This document shows, one piece after another, positions 20,301 to 29,293 of a stretch of DNA of 64,000 nt (the stretch's first letter is position 1; each line of letters begins with the position of its first letter). The translations under genes were made by a program, and so were the position numbers. Source of the stretch: an uncultured candidate division Zixibacteria bacterium. Lineage in GTDB: Bacteria; Zixibacteria; MSB-5A5; GN15; FEB-12. The DNA is taken from assembly GCA_963806185.1 (NCBI GenBank), contig CAWDXE010000007.1, positions 352,001 through 416,000 of the forward strand, read 5' to 3'. The notes beneath the pieces were generated by a model. That model saw only the letters and a list, made by a program, of their open reading frames with translations, searched no databases and was not told where the DNA came from.

Positions 20301-23300
20301 TAAGAATATCACTAACGTGACCGCCATCGGCGGCACCTGGGATAGCTACCGCAGCCAGGTCTGCGTTACCCCGACCGGCGAGGGCGCCTACCCGGTGATC
20401 ATCACCGCCACTGACGCCTGCGGCCTGACGGGCACCGACACGGTCGTGGTCACGATTCATCTGAATAAGAAACCGGTTATCACTTTCACGTCGGCCGATA
20501 CTATCTACACGCAGTGTACGCCGCAACAGATATGCGTGCCGATCGGCATCGCCGATCCCGACGGCAACTTGCTCGACGTGAATACGTTTGGCCTCAGCAC
20601 TTACAATGCGCAGAACGGTACCCTCTGCTTCACGCCGACCGGTACCGGACGGTTCTGCCTGCCGATTAAGGTGACCGATAAGTGTGGCTCCACCGACTCA
20701 ATCAGTGTCTGCATCACGGTCAACCCGGGTAACACTGTCGACATCACCTGTCCGACCGAACTCCCGCTCGCTACCCTATGTGCGCCGTCGCAGGTCTGTG
20801 TCCCGCTCGCCATCACCGGGCAGGGTTACACCGTGAGCACTAGTCTGGGCAGCTTTGCCGACGGCCAGCTTTGCTTCAACGCCGATTCGAGCGGCACGTA
20901 CACGATCCGGGTCATCGCTGCCGCCCAGTGCAACGCTGATACCTGCTTTGTGGTCAAGCAAGTGAAGATCCTCGAGCCGGTGGAGATTACCTGCCCCGGT
21001 AATCAGACCCTCTTCCTCTGCGCCACAGATACGCTTTGCTATCCGTTCACGGTCTCGCCGTCCGTTACCAATGTGACGGTGAGTGGCGGCGCCTATCTCA
21101 GCGGCAACACCGTCTGCGTGCCGTTGCTCACCGCTGGTCCAAGGGCGATAATCCTGATCGCCTCCGGTGCCTGCTCGGCTGACACCTGCTCGTTCACGGT
21201 GAATGCCACCTTCAACGCCCCGCCGGTGGTGACGTTCGGCAATGATACCACCATCACCGCCTGTGCTCTGAATCAGATCTGTCTGCCGTTCACGTTGACC
21301 GACGTCAACGGCAATATCGCCACCGTCACCCCTTCGGTGGGTGTCATCTCCGGCGGCAAACTCTGCTTCACGCCGACCGGCTACGGGGTCGTCGATATCA
21401 TCCTTACCGCCGTCGATTCGTGCGGTGCCAAGGATGACGACACCGTCAGAGTCACCTACAATCTGGGTGGAACCGCTGTCATTCCTCCGTACGACGGAGT
21501 CCAATACACGTCAATCTGCGGCCCTACCACGGTTTGTCTGCCGTTCCCGACGATTACTCCGGCGAACGCCACCATCACGATTACGCCCGCCGGTGTAACC
21601 TACAATCCGGCCACGCATCAAATCTGCATCCCGGTCACCAGCGGCGGCAGCAAGGCGATACGGGTCATCGCCAGCGCTCCGTGCGGCGCCGACACCTGCG
21701 ACTTCACCCTGCAGGTGACCATGAACCAGCCGCCGGTCGTCACCTGCCCCGGCACGATTGACACGCTTATGTGCCTGGCCGCCCCGACCAACCTCTGCTT
21801 CCCGGTGACGGTCACCGGCTCGGGTGTCAACGTCACGGTGCAGCCGATCGGCACCTACTCTGCCGGCGTGGTTTGCCTCCCCGTCAGCGCGGCCGGTACC
21901 TACAATCTGAAAATCATCGCCAGCGGTGTTTGCGGCGTCGACACCTGCGATACCAAGGTCATCGTTCGCGAGAACCAGAAACCGACGCTCACATTGCCTA
22001 CTGAAGGACTCACCTTCCAGCGCTGTCCGGACGACGTCGATGAAATCTGCATCGGCGGCATCGTGGCCCACGACGCTGAGTCGCCGGTGACCATTACCAA
22101 GGTCTGCGGCCCCGGTCAGTATACTTCCGCCCGCGCCGACTCCGGCTCGCTCTGCTTCACGCCGACCGACATCGGCACCTTCAACTTCTGTTTCCAGGTG
22201 ACCGACGGCTGTAATACGGTCACGGATACGCTGACTGTAATCATCAATGCCAAACCGGACTGCGATGTCTGTGCCCGGTTCACTATCGACGCCGGTGTCT
22301 GCTCGCCGGTCGGCCTGCGCAAGACGGCCGCGATCAAGATTGAGACCAACGATCCAATCGGCGGCTTCGATCTCCTGCTGAGCTATGACGCTTCGGCCCT
22401 CGCCTTCCAGAGTGCGACCATCACCGGCACCGACATCCAGGGCTGGGAATACTTCACCTGGAAGCTCAACAACGGCGGTTGCGGCACTGCCTGTCCGTCC
22501 GGCCTGATTCGACTGGTCGGTATCGCTGATAGGAACAACGGTTCGGCCCATCCGCCGGATTCCACGTTCAACCCGAACGGCGTGATCGTCCTGCTCGATT
22601 TCCAGATCTTCAATGATCAGACGTTGGGTGACCAGTTTGTGCCGATCCGTTGGGTCTGGTATGACTGTGCCGATAACACGCTGTCCAACCCGAGCGGTAC
22701 CATCCTGTACGCCGATCAGCGGATCTTCACGTACGAAGGCAATCTCGTCTGGGATGAAACCGACGACGTCCACTATCCTGAAGCAGCCCGTCCGTTCGGC
22801 ACCGGCTCACCGGATGAATGCTTCGTCGGCAGTGACAAGGCCGCTCCGCTCCGTTGTATCGAATTCTACCACGGCGGTATATGTATCATCCATCCGGATT
22901 CGATCGACGACCGCGGCGATATCAACCTCAACGGTCTGGCGTATGAAATTGCCGACGCGGTGCTCTTCACCAGCTACTTCATCAAGGGCCTAAGCGTCTT
23001 CACGGAGAGCATTCCCGGTCAGGTGGCGGCAACTGACGTCACCAACGACGGTCTGACACTAACCGTGGCCGACCTGGCCTATCTGATCCGCGTCATCGTC
23101 GGCGATGCTCAGCCGATTCCGAAGCTGAACCCGTACGCTGATCCGGCTCAGGTGACCATGACCCGGAACGGCAATAGTCTGGTCGTATCAACTGAGACGG
23201 TCTCCGACGTCGGTATTGCCTGGCTAACCTTCGATCTCGGCGCCAATACCGATATCGGCCAGCCGTTTGTCGGCGCCGACGCCCAGGGTATGGATCTGAT

Positions 23301-23763
23301 CTATTCGGTGGAGAACGGTCAGGTGAAAATGCTGCTCTACAATATCGGCCATAATCGCATCGCCGCCGGCAAGAACCGTATCCTCGAGATACCGCTGCTC
23401 GGCGACGGCGAAGTGACCCTGTCCCGTGCGGAGATGACGGACTACGACGGTCGTGTGTACATGACCAGCGCGGCCACCACTCTGCCGACTGAGTACAGCC
23501 TGTCGCAGAACTTCCCGAACCCGTTCAACCCGAGCACGACCATCAGCTTCCGTCTGCCGCAGGCGGCCGACTGGAATCTGACTGTCTACAACATCACCGG
23601 TGGCCTCGTTCGCAGTTATAGCGGATCAAGCGCCGCGGGTAATGTCGATGTGATCTGGGATGGTCGGACAGATGACGGCACTGAGACTGCATCCGGCATT
23701 TATCTGTACCGCTTCGATGCGGGCAGCTTCAGCCAGACCCGGAAGATGGTCCTGCTGAAATAA
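14341..23763 (+). CDS. Giant (3140 aa) exported Cys-rich Ig/cadherin-like repeat protein with cohesin-like, dockerin-like and FlgD/T9SS-like C-terminal domains
   Basis: Signal peptide; many ~80-100 aa repeats (N.PP...C....C...D.D...CFTP...G.Y...A.D.CG); IGGFDLLLSYD; RGDINLNG..IADAVLF / ATDVTNDG..VADLAYL; LSQNFPNPFNPSTTISF...SGIYLYR...KMVLLK. Confidence 0.9.
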   Translation: MKRFGFWCTLNLCVSLLILFAARTGSAAPAVPGGTTKTTAVDPLHYPVLELPNDSTVFLCSQGDSICYMLKAHDVDSGDSIKVILLSGPIAWAPTVYGNDIALPICFVADTSGDYRFIWRIHDLVGRSIIDTVDFFVTVGVKPSIADQNFTTEMCWGVNYREVPMIYSDSGLDAVTFTLLSGAGTVDAQTGLLEYTVDTAGTYVFQVEISGGCGADTATITDVITINKPPYFTTDDQTVKLCDSAAVCVNLTGVDPEGGAIHFTLLEGGGEVVQTENGWQLCFSPQNLPHATYQFIVCLQDDCPTEPGTAIPRATPLCVEDTLYVTVDINAPPVLTCPGEQLFSGCNPKSYCYSVSYTDAEDNPVVLTVLSGNAVVDGQSICVIPGELTEFDVVIEARDECGADTCTTHVRIEGNRPPTVITGVDQNLTLCAPETICLDAFVNDPNLDIANVFSNIGTYNPQTSKVCFTPDTAGVYTIIVTAVDSCGAEDMDTTVVTVALNEMPTLSLGDDQIIKVCDAGPEGYQVCVPVATTDEGPLTITSTLGAYDPINHRMCFNVTQSGEYMVIGFATDDCNAKATDTVMINITLGHPPTIAVNDDSLYLCFPQPVCFPVTINDVDNDIASVTVSKGKYENGQVCFVPYDSGTYKIAITVTDKCGTAVTDTLRVKVRTDQNVVLNCPKDTSIFLCEPDTLCFPFSGFPDDADLELTGVGVWYDKAKGAICFYSDCCLENIITAKVTTLCGYEFTCSFKVRVQTNSKPLVILPNDTTMRGCDVEGICLPVGISDIDNNIVNVTTGFGTYDAYLRQVCFTPDTVGTYQITVVATDACGLTGSDVINVVVKGNTPPTIAIQFPEGPISECVTEPICLPVTILDEDANIRNVVIKGGTYNPETHLLCFTPDTAGTYCLEMRVTDSCGAQATAQGCVTVKKDGPVNIACTEQIRQFSLCGADSICFPVEITGNNVTVTTNCCSIVDGQFCFYADTSGIYSFLITAYNDCDTATCLQVVKVDIANPPVLTCPVDTTVALCATDTLCFPLNVSGDNVNVTVSAPAYYNAGQVCVPVLGLGEQTIQIIAANQCGADTCQFTVTSTVNEPPVISGDDATVPQCVLSEICVPFTVSDPNNGKFTVTTSLGHIRGLGESAKPTSSSNTMVSDDFAMRNNTPEVCFTPDHFGAFQIILTAIDSCGAKDEDTLVVTVNKLDSVSISLNGEIVPQTLCSGPDSICIPVTITGNPAVTVNYGELRNNNLCFLADSTGTYTITAFAAGPCNTDTLSYSVHVTNTIPVEVTCQATDTAITVCSFPVTFRFPLNITGTVGSVSVLPLDAVLGPNNSYIDVTAAREGAIEVRVVAENACSTDTCGFVVTVKGNTAPQITLGKDTTVIACQLVPVCVPLAVTDIDGNLTEISSSRGVISNDSVCFTAPGFGTFDIVVRATDACGLVSTDTVLITLEQGPVAHIDCPVGTIGITMTLPDSARVPLTITPPNVPVTVLPSGRYDAATGQLVVYVETEGVHTFTVIAAGECGSDTCEVSLEVNRYNPPLVQCIGSVDTALCLVGPTTLCLPVTVSGTSINVSVSPIGTYADGSVCFTADSAGTYIIRIIAANETEADTCYSTAVVTRGRAPQVNLGEDFSLNLCQAQLVCVPLTITGAEFDVTTVFSNIGYVSVDSGKACFMADSSGTYRLIVTAGDNCGNSSSDTVYVTVNLNRAPVVTLPADFAQRMCGEGTVCFDVSAVDNNLTSVVTSLGTYDPETHKVCFAPTGSGLYTAVVTAVDSCGIEDKDTINITVTNNTAPQITDLRDTTIYLCAPQSVCIPVTIADADFNPATVTVSRGSYSDGKICFIPYDSGLYQIVVTAIDSCGLSDVDTVDVRIKTDQNITLVCPRDTSIFVCQPETLCFPVGGIPAGANVTLTGTNVWWNAQNQTVCFFSDCCLENTIGVKVTTPCGTYQCSFTVKVQTNSKPLVIAPKDTTLLQCAPTSICLPVGISDVDKNITNVTAIGGTWDSYRSQVCVTPTGEGAYPVIITATDACGLTGTDTVVVTIHLNKKPVITFTSADTIYTQCTPQQICVPIGIADPDGNLLDVNTFGLSTYNAQNGTLCFTPTGTGRFCLPIKVTDKCGSTDSISVCITVNPGNTVDITCPTELPLATLCAPSQVCVPLAITGQGYTVSTSLGSFADGQLCFNADSSGTYTIRVIAAAQCNADTCFVVKQVKILEPVEITCPGNQTLFLCATDTLCYPFTVSPSVTNVTVSGGAYLSGNTVCVPLLTAGPRAIILIASGACSADTCSFTVNATFNAPPVVTFGNDTTITACALNQICLPFTLTDVNGNIATVTPSVGVISGGKLCFTPTGYGVVDIILTAVDSCGAKDDDTVRVTYNLGGTAVIPPYDGVQYTSICGPTTVCLPFPTITPANATITITPAGVTYNPATHQICIPVTSGGSKAIRVIASAPCGADTCDFTLQVTMNQPPVVTCPGTIDTLMCLAAPTNLCFPVTVTGSGVNVTVQPIGTYSAGVVCLPVSAAGTYNLKIIASGVCGVDTCDTKVIVRENQKPTLTLPTEGLTFQRCPDDVDEICIGGIVAHDAESPVTITKVCGPGQYTSARADSGSLCFTPTDIGTFNFCFQVTDGCNTVTDTLTVIINAKPDCDVCARFTIDAGVCSPVGLRKTAAIKIETNDPIGGFDLLLSYDASALAFQSATITGTDIQGWEYFTWKLNNGGCGTACPSGLIRLVGIADRNNGSAHPPDSTFNPNGVIVLLDFQIFNDQTLGDQFVPIRWVWYDCADNTLSNPSGTILYADQRIFTYEGNLVWDETDDVHYPEAARPFGTGSPDECFVGSDKAAPLRCIEFYHGGICIIHPDSIDDRGDINLNGLAYEIADAVLFTSYFIKGLSVFTESIPGQVAATDVTNDGLTLTVADLAYLIRVIVGDAQPIPKLNPYADPAQVTMTRNGNSLVVSTETVSDVGIAWLTFDLGANTDIGQPFVGADAQGMDLIYSVENGQVKMLLYNIGHNRIAAGKNRILEIPLLGDGEVTLSRAEMTDYDGRVYMTSAATTLPTEYSLSQNFPNPFNPSTTISFRLPQAADWNLTVYNITGGLVRSYSGSSAAGNVDVIWDGRTDDGTETASGIYLYRFDAGSFSQTRKMVLLK

Positions 23764-23789
23764 ATCCCCCTTCCTATCTTTCCTCGTAT

Positions 23790-23825
23790 GGTGCTTGGAG
23801 CGACCAGACTCCAGGCACCTTTTTT
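23790..23825 (+). terminator. Rho-independent terminator after the giant protein gene
   Basis: GGTGCTTGGAG-cgaccaga-CTCCAGGCACC followed by a T-run. Confidence 0.75.
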
Positions 23826-24292
23826 ATTTGGCGTAGGGCGAGCCACCCAGAATCGAAAACGCCCGATAGAGCTGCTCCAGCAGCATCAGCCGCACCAACT
23901 GATGCGTATACGTCATCGCGGATAGGGAGAGAGTCGCCGACGCCTCGCGTTATGATCGATTGGTGCAGCCCATACGGCCCGCCGATCACCAACGTCACCT
24001 GACCCACCTGCAGGAATTGTTTTTCAACATAGCGCGCGAAGGCCGCTGAATCGTACACCTTCCCCCGATCCCACAGCGCGAGGTACTTGTCGTCGCCCAG
24101 TTCCTTCCGGAATATCTCGGCCTCTTTCTCGAGCAGCATTTCCTGGGGCAGGGAAGAGGCATTCTTCACCGACGGCAGCGTGACCATCTCAAGCCGGGCA
24201 AACTTCTTCAACAGCTTGAGGTAGTGGGCAATTCCTTCGGTCAACCACTCTGCTTTGTCTCTCCCGATCGAGATGATCTTTATCTTACGCAT
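23824..24292 (-). CDS. rlmH: 23S rRNA pseudouridine1915 N3-methyltransferase, one +1 frameshift near 23943
   Basis: KIKIISIG...VIGGPYGL. Removing one G restores [35 protein letters not shown]. Confidence 0.9.
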
Positions 24293-24683
24293 CGCGCACT
24301 ACCTTGATGACCAGGTGCCGCCGCCGTGGTCCGTCAAACTCACAAAAATGGATCCCCTGCCAAGTCCCCAGCACCAACTGGCCGTGCTCCACAAGCACGG
24401 TCAGCGAGAATCCAAACAGCGACGCCTTCAGGTGAGCGTCCGAATTCCCCTCGGCATGGTGATATCCGTCCTGCTGGGGAATCTCCTTGTTCAACTTGTA
24501 GAGTAAGTCTCGCTTGACGTCGGGATCGGCGTTTTCGTTGATCGTGATCCCCGCCGTTGTGTGCGGCACAAAACAGTGAGCCACCCCCGACTGCACGCCG
24601 CTCTGGGTCACCGCCTGCTGCACCCGGCGGGTGATGTCGATCATTTCCTCGCGCTGCGAAGTAGCGATTTCTAGTTCAATCAT
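24285..24683 (-). CDS. yjbQ: YjbQ/UPF0047 family protein
   Basis: HTTAGITINENADPDV, HAEGNSDAHLK, LGTWQGIHFCEFDGPR. Confidence 0.93.
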   Translation of the reverse strand: MIELEIATSQREEMIDITRRVQQAVTQSGVQSGVAHCFVPHTTAGITINENADPDVKRDLLYKLNKEIPQQDGYHHAEGNSDAHLKASLFGFSLTVLVEHGQLVLGTWQGIHFCEFDGPRRRHLVIKVVRDA

Positions 24684-25600
24684 TGGGCAAATAATGCTTC
24701 GGCGAACTGCCGTGGATCAAACCGCTGAATGTCGGCTATCCCTTCACCCAGCCCGATAAACTCAACCGGTACGCCCAGCTCTTCGGCGATCGCGATCACC
24801 ACGCCTCCTTTGGCGGTGCCGTCGAGCTTGGTGACGATCAACCCGTCGCACCCGACCGCGTCAGTGAACACCTTCACTTGCGAGAGGGCGTTCTGGCCCG
24901 TCGTGCCGTCGAGTATCAACTTGCTGTATATCTTCGCTTCCGGGACGGCCCGTTCGACCACCCGGCGGATCTTTTTCAACTCTTCCATCAAGTTAGCCTT
25001 GGTGTGCAGCCGCCCGGCCGTGTCCACGAGCAGAATATCGACGCCCCGGGCTGCCGCCGCCTTGGCCGCGTCAAACGCCACGGCCGCCGGATCGGCATTC
25101 TCCTGCGACCGGATGATCTCCACGCCGCTCCGCTCCGCCCAGATCGCGATCTGATCTATGGCCGCCGCGCGAAACGTGTCGCATGCCGCGATCATCACCT
25201 TCTTGCCTTCAGCGGAGAAGAAGGTCGCCAGCTTGCCGATCGTCGTCGTCTTGCCGACTCCGTTGACGCCGGTAATCAGCCAGATCGAAAGCGTCCCCTT
25301 GGCGCCGTTCTCCGAGGGCCGGTGGCTGGAAAGAATGCCGGCGATTTCATCCTTCAGCAACGCCATCACCTCTTCGCCCTCGTTGGTCTTGTTCTGGCGC
25401 GCCAGCTCCTTGAGGCGGCCGGTGAGACGGGTGGTCGCCTTCACTCCCACGTCGGCCCCGATGAGAATCTCCTCGATCTCGTCGAGCAGCTCATCGTCCA
25501 GCTTGCGTCGATTGACTATTTGAGAAATCTTGCCGAAAACCGAATCTTTGGTTTTCGCGAGCGACTGCTTCAGTTTCTCGAAGGGATTGAAGAAACCCAC
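24680..25600 (-). CDS. ftsY: SRP receptor GTPase
   Basis: GVNGVGKTTTIGKLA, DTFRAAA, DTAGR, DGTTGQN, TKLDGTAKGG. Confidence 0.97.
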   Translation of the reverse strand: MGFFNPFEKLKQSLAKTKDSVFGKISQIVNRRKLDDELLDEIEEILIGADVGVKATTRLTGRLKELARQNKTNEGEEVMALLKDEIAGILSSHRPSENGAKGTLSIWLITGVNGVGKTTTIGKLATFFSAEGKKVMIAACDTFRAAAIDQIAIWAERSGVEIIRSQENADPAAVAFDAAKAAAARGVDILLVDTAGRLHTKANLMEELKKIRRVVERAVPEAKIYSKLILDGTTGQNALSQVKVFTDAVGCDGLIVTKLDGTAKGGVVIAIAEELGVPVEFIGLGEGIADIQRFDPRQFAEALFAQ

Positions 25601-25602
25601 GC

Positions 25603-28600
25603 CTACGGCTCCCGTTCGTCGGGGAGCGATACCGACGTAATCCGTTCCTGGATCGCCGCCGGCAATTCCTCTTCTTCGATCGGGACTTCGTCGACGACGT
25701 CGTCCTCGATGTGCATGATCGCGCGATCGGCCGATCCGGCTCCTTCGTCGGCGAACTTCACGCCCACCAGCTTGGACACACCCGGCTGTTCCATGGTGAC
25801 GCCGTACAGGTTGTCGGCTGCTTCCATGGTGATCTTGTTGTGCGTGATCGTGATGAACTGCGTCTGGTTCGCGAAGGTGCGGATGATCCGCAGGAACCGC
25901 TTGCAGTTGGCGTCGTCGAGCGGCGCGTCGATTTCGTCGAGAATACAGAACGGCGACGGCTTGACGAGGTAGAGGGCGAACAGAAGCGAAATCGCCGTGA
26001 GCGCCCGCTCACCGCCGGACATCATGGTAATATTGAGCAGCCGCTTGCCCCGGGGGCGCGCGATGATCTCGATATTGGATTCGAGCGGATCGTCGGGATC
26101 CTCCAGCCGAATATCCGCTTCACCGCCTGAGAACAACTCAACAAACAACCGCTGGAAATTCTGCCGCACCTGGTCCATGGTGCCCGCAAACAGTGTCTTG
26201 GCCGTCTCGTTGATCTTGAGGATAGTCGATTGCAGGTCATTCTTGGCCGTGGTCAGATCCTTCAGCTGCTCGCCAAGGAACTTCTCCCGCTCGGCCGCCT
26301 CGCGATACTCCTCCAACGCCAACAAATTGACCGCACCAAACCCCTTGATCTTCTCCTTGATCTCATGCAGGTGCTGACGCGCCTGATCGTCGGCCATCTC
26401 CGCATTCGGCTTGGCCGCTTCCACTGCGCCGATTTCCGTCGAGTACTCTTCCTGCGTCTTCTCGGCGATTGTTGTGATCTCCGACTGCATCGTATTGAGG
26501 CGAATTTCCGCCTTGTGCATCTGGTCGGCTATCGCCTCTCGCTCGGCGCGCAGCGTCTTAGCCGCTTTCTCCGCTTCGGACAAGGTCGTCGTCAACTCAC
26601 TCTGCACGACGCGAAGCTCATTCTGACGGACCGTCTCCGTCTCCCGTGCCTCGGCGCACAGCTTGAGATCACCTTCCAGCGAGGCGACCGATTCGTCGGC
26701 CGTCGCCGTGTCGCGCTGAGCCTGCTCGATTTCCGCCTGCTTGGTGCTCCGCGTCGTCTCAAGGTCGCGCCTCAGTTCGTTCACGTGCGAAATCCGGCTC
26801 TGCGTCTGCTCGGCTTTGCTGCGGGCCTCAATATGCTGCACCTGCAATTTCGAGAGCCGCTCCATCGCCTCGCTCGCCGCCCGCTCAAAGTCGCCCAGTC
26901 GATTTCCTTCAACCGTCATGGTCGAGGTGATCGCTTCCTTCTGCGACGCCAGCTGCGAGAAATCCAGCTCCAGCGAGTATTGCCGGTTGCGGATCTTCTC
27001 CCGCTTCCCGGCTGCCGTTCCCTTTTCACGATTCAACCGCTCGGAGTCGTTAGCGATCGTGCGCAGGAGGTATTCAGTCTCGGAGAGTTTCTTCTGTTCA
27101 ACTTCCGCCGCCTCAGCGATCGTCTCCATCTGGCCGGTGATGGCAATCGATTCGGCCCGGATGGCCGCCACGCGGGCGGTCACGTGATTCTTGTCGTTCT
27201 TCAGAGACTCAAGCTTTCCGGTCAGCTCGCTAATGATCGAATCCTGTTCTTCCACTCGTTCTTTGCGACGGAACAGCGGAAACCGCTCATCCTGCCCGCC
27301 CGCAATCACATTGGAGCTGTAGACGACGCCGTCGGTCGACACCGCGCTGAAACCGTATGGGAGACGTTCCAGAATCGCCCCGGGGTGCGTCGCCGCGTCA
27401 AACACCACCGTGCGGGCCAGCACCGCCTCCATGAGCGGCCGCAACCCCTCGTCGGTGGACACAAACGAATCCATCCACCCGATCACGCCGGGAAGGTTCA
27501 ACTCTGGCCGCTTCACCGCCGGTGCTATCGCCCCTGTGTCGGGCACGAGTATGCCGATCTTGCCTTTCTTTTCACTCTTGAGATGGGCAATAATCTGCTC
27601 GGCCGTCGTACGGTCGAAACAAATCAGGAACTTGGCCATGTCACCCAGCGCCGCTTCGAGAGCTACTTCCATGCCTTCGACCGGCACAAACCGGTCAGCC
27701 ACCGTGCCGCCGATAGTCGGCCATTGCTCGCGCAGCTCCATTGCCGCCACGACGCCGTGATCGTACCCCTCGTAATGGAGCATCATGTCGGCCAGCAGAT
27801 TCCGGCGCGCCACCGCCGCCTCAATCGACGCGGTCGCGCTGGTCATGTCAAGTGACAGACTCTCGCCCTGCTCGACCAATCGTTCCATTTCGTCGGTGAG
27901 GGAGACCTGCTGCTGTTCGAACTGCCGTTTGCGCTCCGCCAGTTCGTCGATCCCCGTCTGGTGCTGATTCCGCTGAGCCATCACTTCCTGGGCCCGGCGA
28001 CCGTCGTCACTCAGCCGATTCTCAATCTCCGTGATCTGGCGGGTCAGTTCCTCGTCCTGCTCGCGAAGATTCTGCTCTTCGGTCTTGCCGGAGGACAGTT
28101 TCCCTTCGAGTTCGATCAACTGCCGATTCTTATCTTCGTTGGATGATCGCGCCATGAACAACAGCTTGTCGGCCTCGACATGATCGGTATCCGCCGCCTG
28201 TACCGCGGCGGCGATATTCTCCAGCGCATTCTCCTGCTCGATCAATTCACGTTCCGTTTCGGCCAGCTGTTCACCCAGGGCAACCAGTCGCTGGGCAATC
28301 GCCTCGATGTCCGCGCCGTTTTTCTGAATGATGATCGCGGCATTGGCTTTCTTCTCGCGGAGGACCGATATCTCCCGTTCGATCGCGTGCGCCTTCTCGG
28401 CTATTTGGTAAAGCTGACCTCCCACCTCGGTGAGCGACCGTTCCACGTCAACCAGTCGAATCCGCTCGCTTTCCATCTGCGCTCCGGCCTGCTCGAGGGC
28501 CGTTTCTTTGCCGAGCTTCTGATCGGCCAGATTGTCAAATTCGGCGCGCAGCGTGCGCTTTTCGTATTCCAGTGCCGTGAATCGGCTGGCCATGAGGTAG

Positions 28601-29280
28601 AGGTCCCAACCTCTGATCTCATCGAGCAACGACTGATACCGCTCCGCCTTCTTGTGCTGGCGATAGAGCGAAGTTACTCGCGTTTTGACCTCATTGTAGA
28701 TGTCTCTCAAGCGCAGGAAATCATTCTCGGTTGCCTCCAGCTTGCGCTGGGCGGCTTTGCGACGATGCTTGTACTTGGTGATTCCCGCCGCCTCCTCGAA
28801 CAGAAAACGGCGCTCTTCCGCCTTGTCGCTGATGACCGAATCGATCATGTCCTGTTGAATGACCGAATAGGAGTGCGCTCCCATGCCGGTATCGACGAAC
28901 AACTCGGTGATATCTTTCAGGCGGCAGGGGACCTTGTTGAGCAGATATTCCGATTCACCCGACCGAAACAGACGGCGGGTGATCTGTACTTCGTTGTATT
29001 CGGTCGGCAGTACGCCGCGATCATTTACCACCGTCAACGACACTTCCGACATCCCCAGCGGCTTCAGGTCACGCGTGCCGTTGAAGATCACTTCTTCCAT
29101 TTTGCCGCCGCGCAAAAGCGTCGGACGCTGTTCGCCCAGTACCCAGCGAAGGGCGTCGAGAATATTCGTCTTCCCGCAGCCGTTCGGCCCGACGATGGCC
29201 GTCACGCCGCTGGCAAACTTTACGACTGTTTTATTGGCAAAGGATTTAAATCCGATTATTTCCAGTTGTTTGAGGTACAC
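25603..29280 (-). CDS. smc: Chromosome segregation protein SMC
   Basis: GTG start (VYLKQLEIIGFKSF), GPNGCGKTN Walker A, coiled coils and hinge, MSGGE, LDEIDAPLD, ITHN. Confidence 0.97.
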   Translation of the reverse strand: MYLKQLEIIGFKSFANKTVVKFASGVTAIVGPNGCGKTNILDALRWVLGEQRPTLLRGGKMEEVIFNGTRDLKPLGMSEVSLTVVNDRGVLPTEYNEVQITRRLFRSGESEYLLNKVPCRLKDITELFVDTGMGAHSYSVIQQDMIDSVISDKAEERRFLFEEAAGITKYKHRRKAAQRKLEATENDFLRLRDIYNEVKTRVTSLYRQHKKAERYQSLLDEIRGWDLYLMASRFTALEYEKRTLRAEFDNLADQKLGKETALEQAGAQMESERIRLVDVERSLTEVGGQLYQIAEKAHAIEREISVLREKKANAAIIIQKNGADIEAIAQRLVALGEQLAETERELIEQENALENIAAAVQAADTDHVEADKLLFMARSSNEDKNRQLIELEGKLSSGKTEEQNLREQDEELTRQITEIENRLSDDGRRAQEVMAQRNQHQTGIDELAERKRQFEQQQVSLTDEMERLVEQGESLSLDMTSATASIEAAVARRNLLADMMLHYEGYDHGVVAAMELREQWPTIGGTVADRFVPVEGMEVALEAALGDMAKFLICFDRTTAEQIIAHLKSEKKGKIGILVPDTGAIAPAVKRPELNLPGVIGWMDSFVSTDEGLRPLMEAVLARTVVFDAATHPGAILERLPYGFSAVSTDGVVYSSNVIAGGQDERFPLFRRKERVEEQDSIISELTGKLESLKNDKNHVTARVAAIRAESIAITGQMETIAEAAEVEQKKLSETEYLLRTIANDSERLNREKGTAAGKREKIRNRQYSLELDFSQLASQKEAITSTMTVEGNRLGDFERAASEAMERLSKLQVQHIEARSKAEQTQSRISHVNELRRDLETTRSTKQAEIEQAQRDTATADESVASLEGDLKLCAEARETETVRQNELRVVQSELTTTLSEAEKAAKTLRAEREAIADQMHKAEIRLNTMQSEITTIAEKTQEEYSTEIGAVEAAKPNAEMADDQARQHLHEIKEKIKGFGAVNLLALEEYREAAEREKFLGEQLKDLTTAKNDLQSTILKINETAKTLFAGTMDQVRQNFQRLFVELFSGGEADIRLEDPDDPLESNIEIIARPRGKRLLNITMMSGGERALTAISLLFALYLVKPSPFCILDEIDAPLDDANCKRFLRIIRTFANQTQFITITHNKITMEAADNLYGVTMEQPGVSKLVGVKFADEGAGSADRAIMHIEDDVVDEVPIEEEELPAAIQERITSVSLPDEREP

Positions 29281-29293
29281 AGACCCTCCATCC

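Noticed and set aside
14515..22773. Many long antisense ORFs (up to 433 aa) opposite the giant gene
   Set aside because: Shadow ORFs from GC-rich codon bias; no recognisable motifs. The same applies to antisense ORFs over smc, acs, ctpA and topA.
23930..23950. Programmed frameshifting in rlmH (also considered at ~54562)
   Set aside because: No slippery sequence or stimulatory structure seen; sequencing error is simpler.
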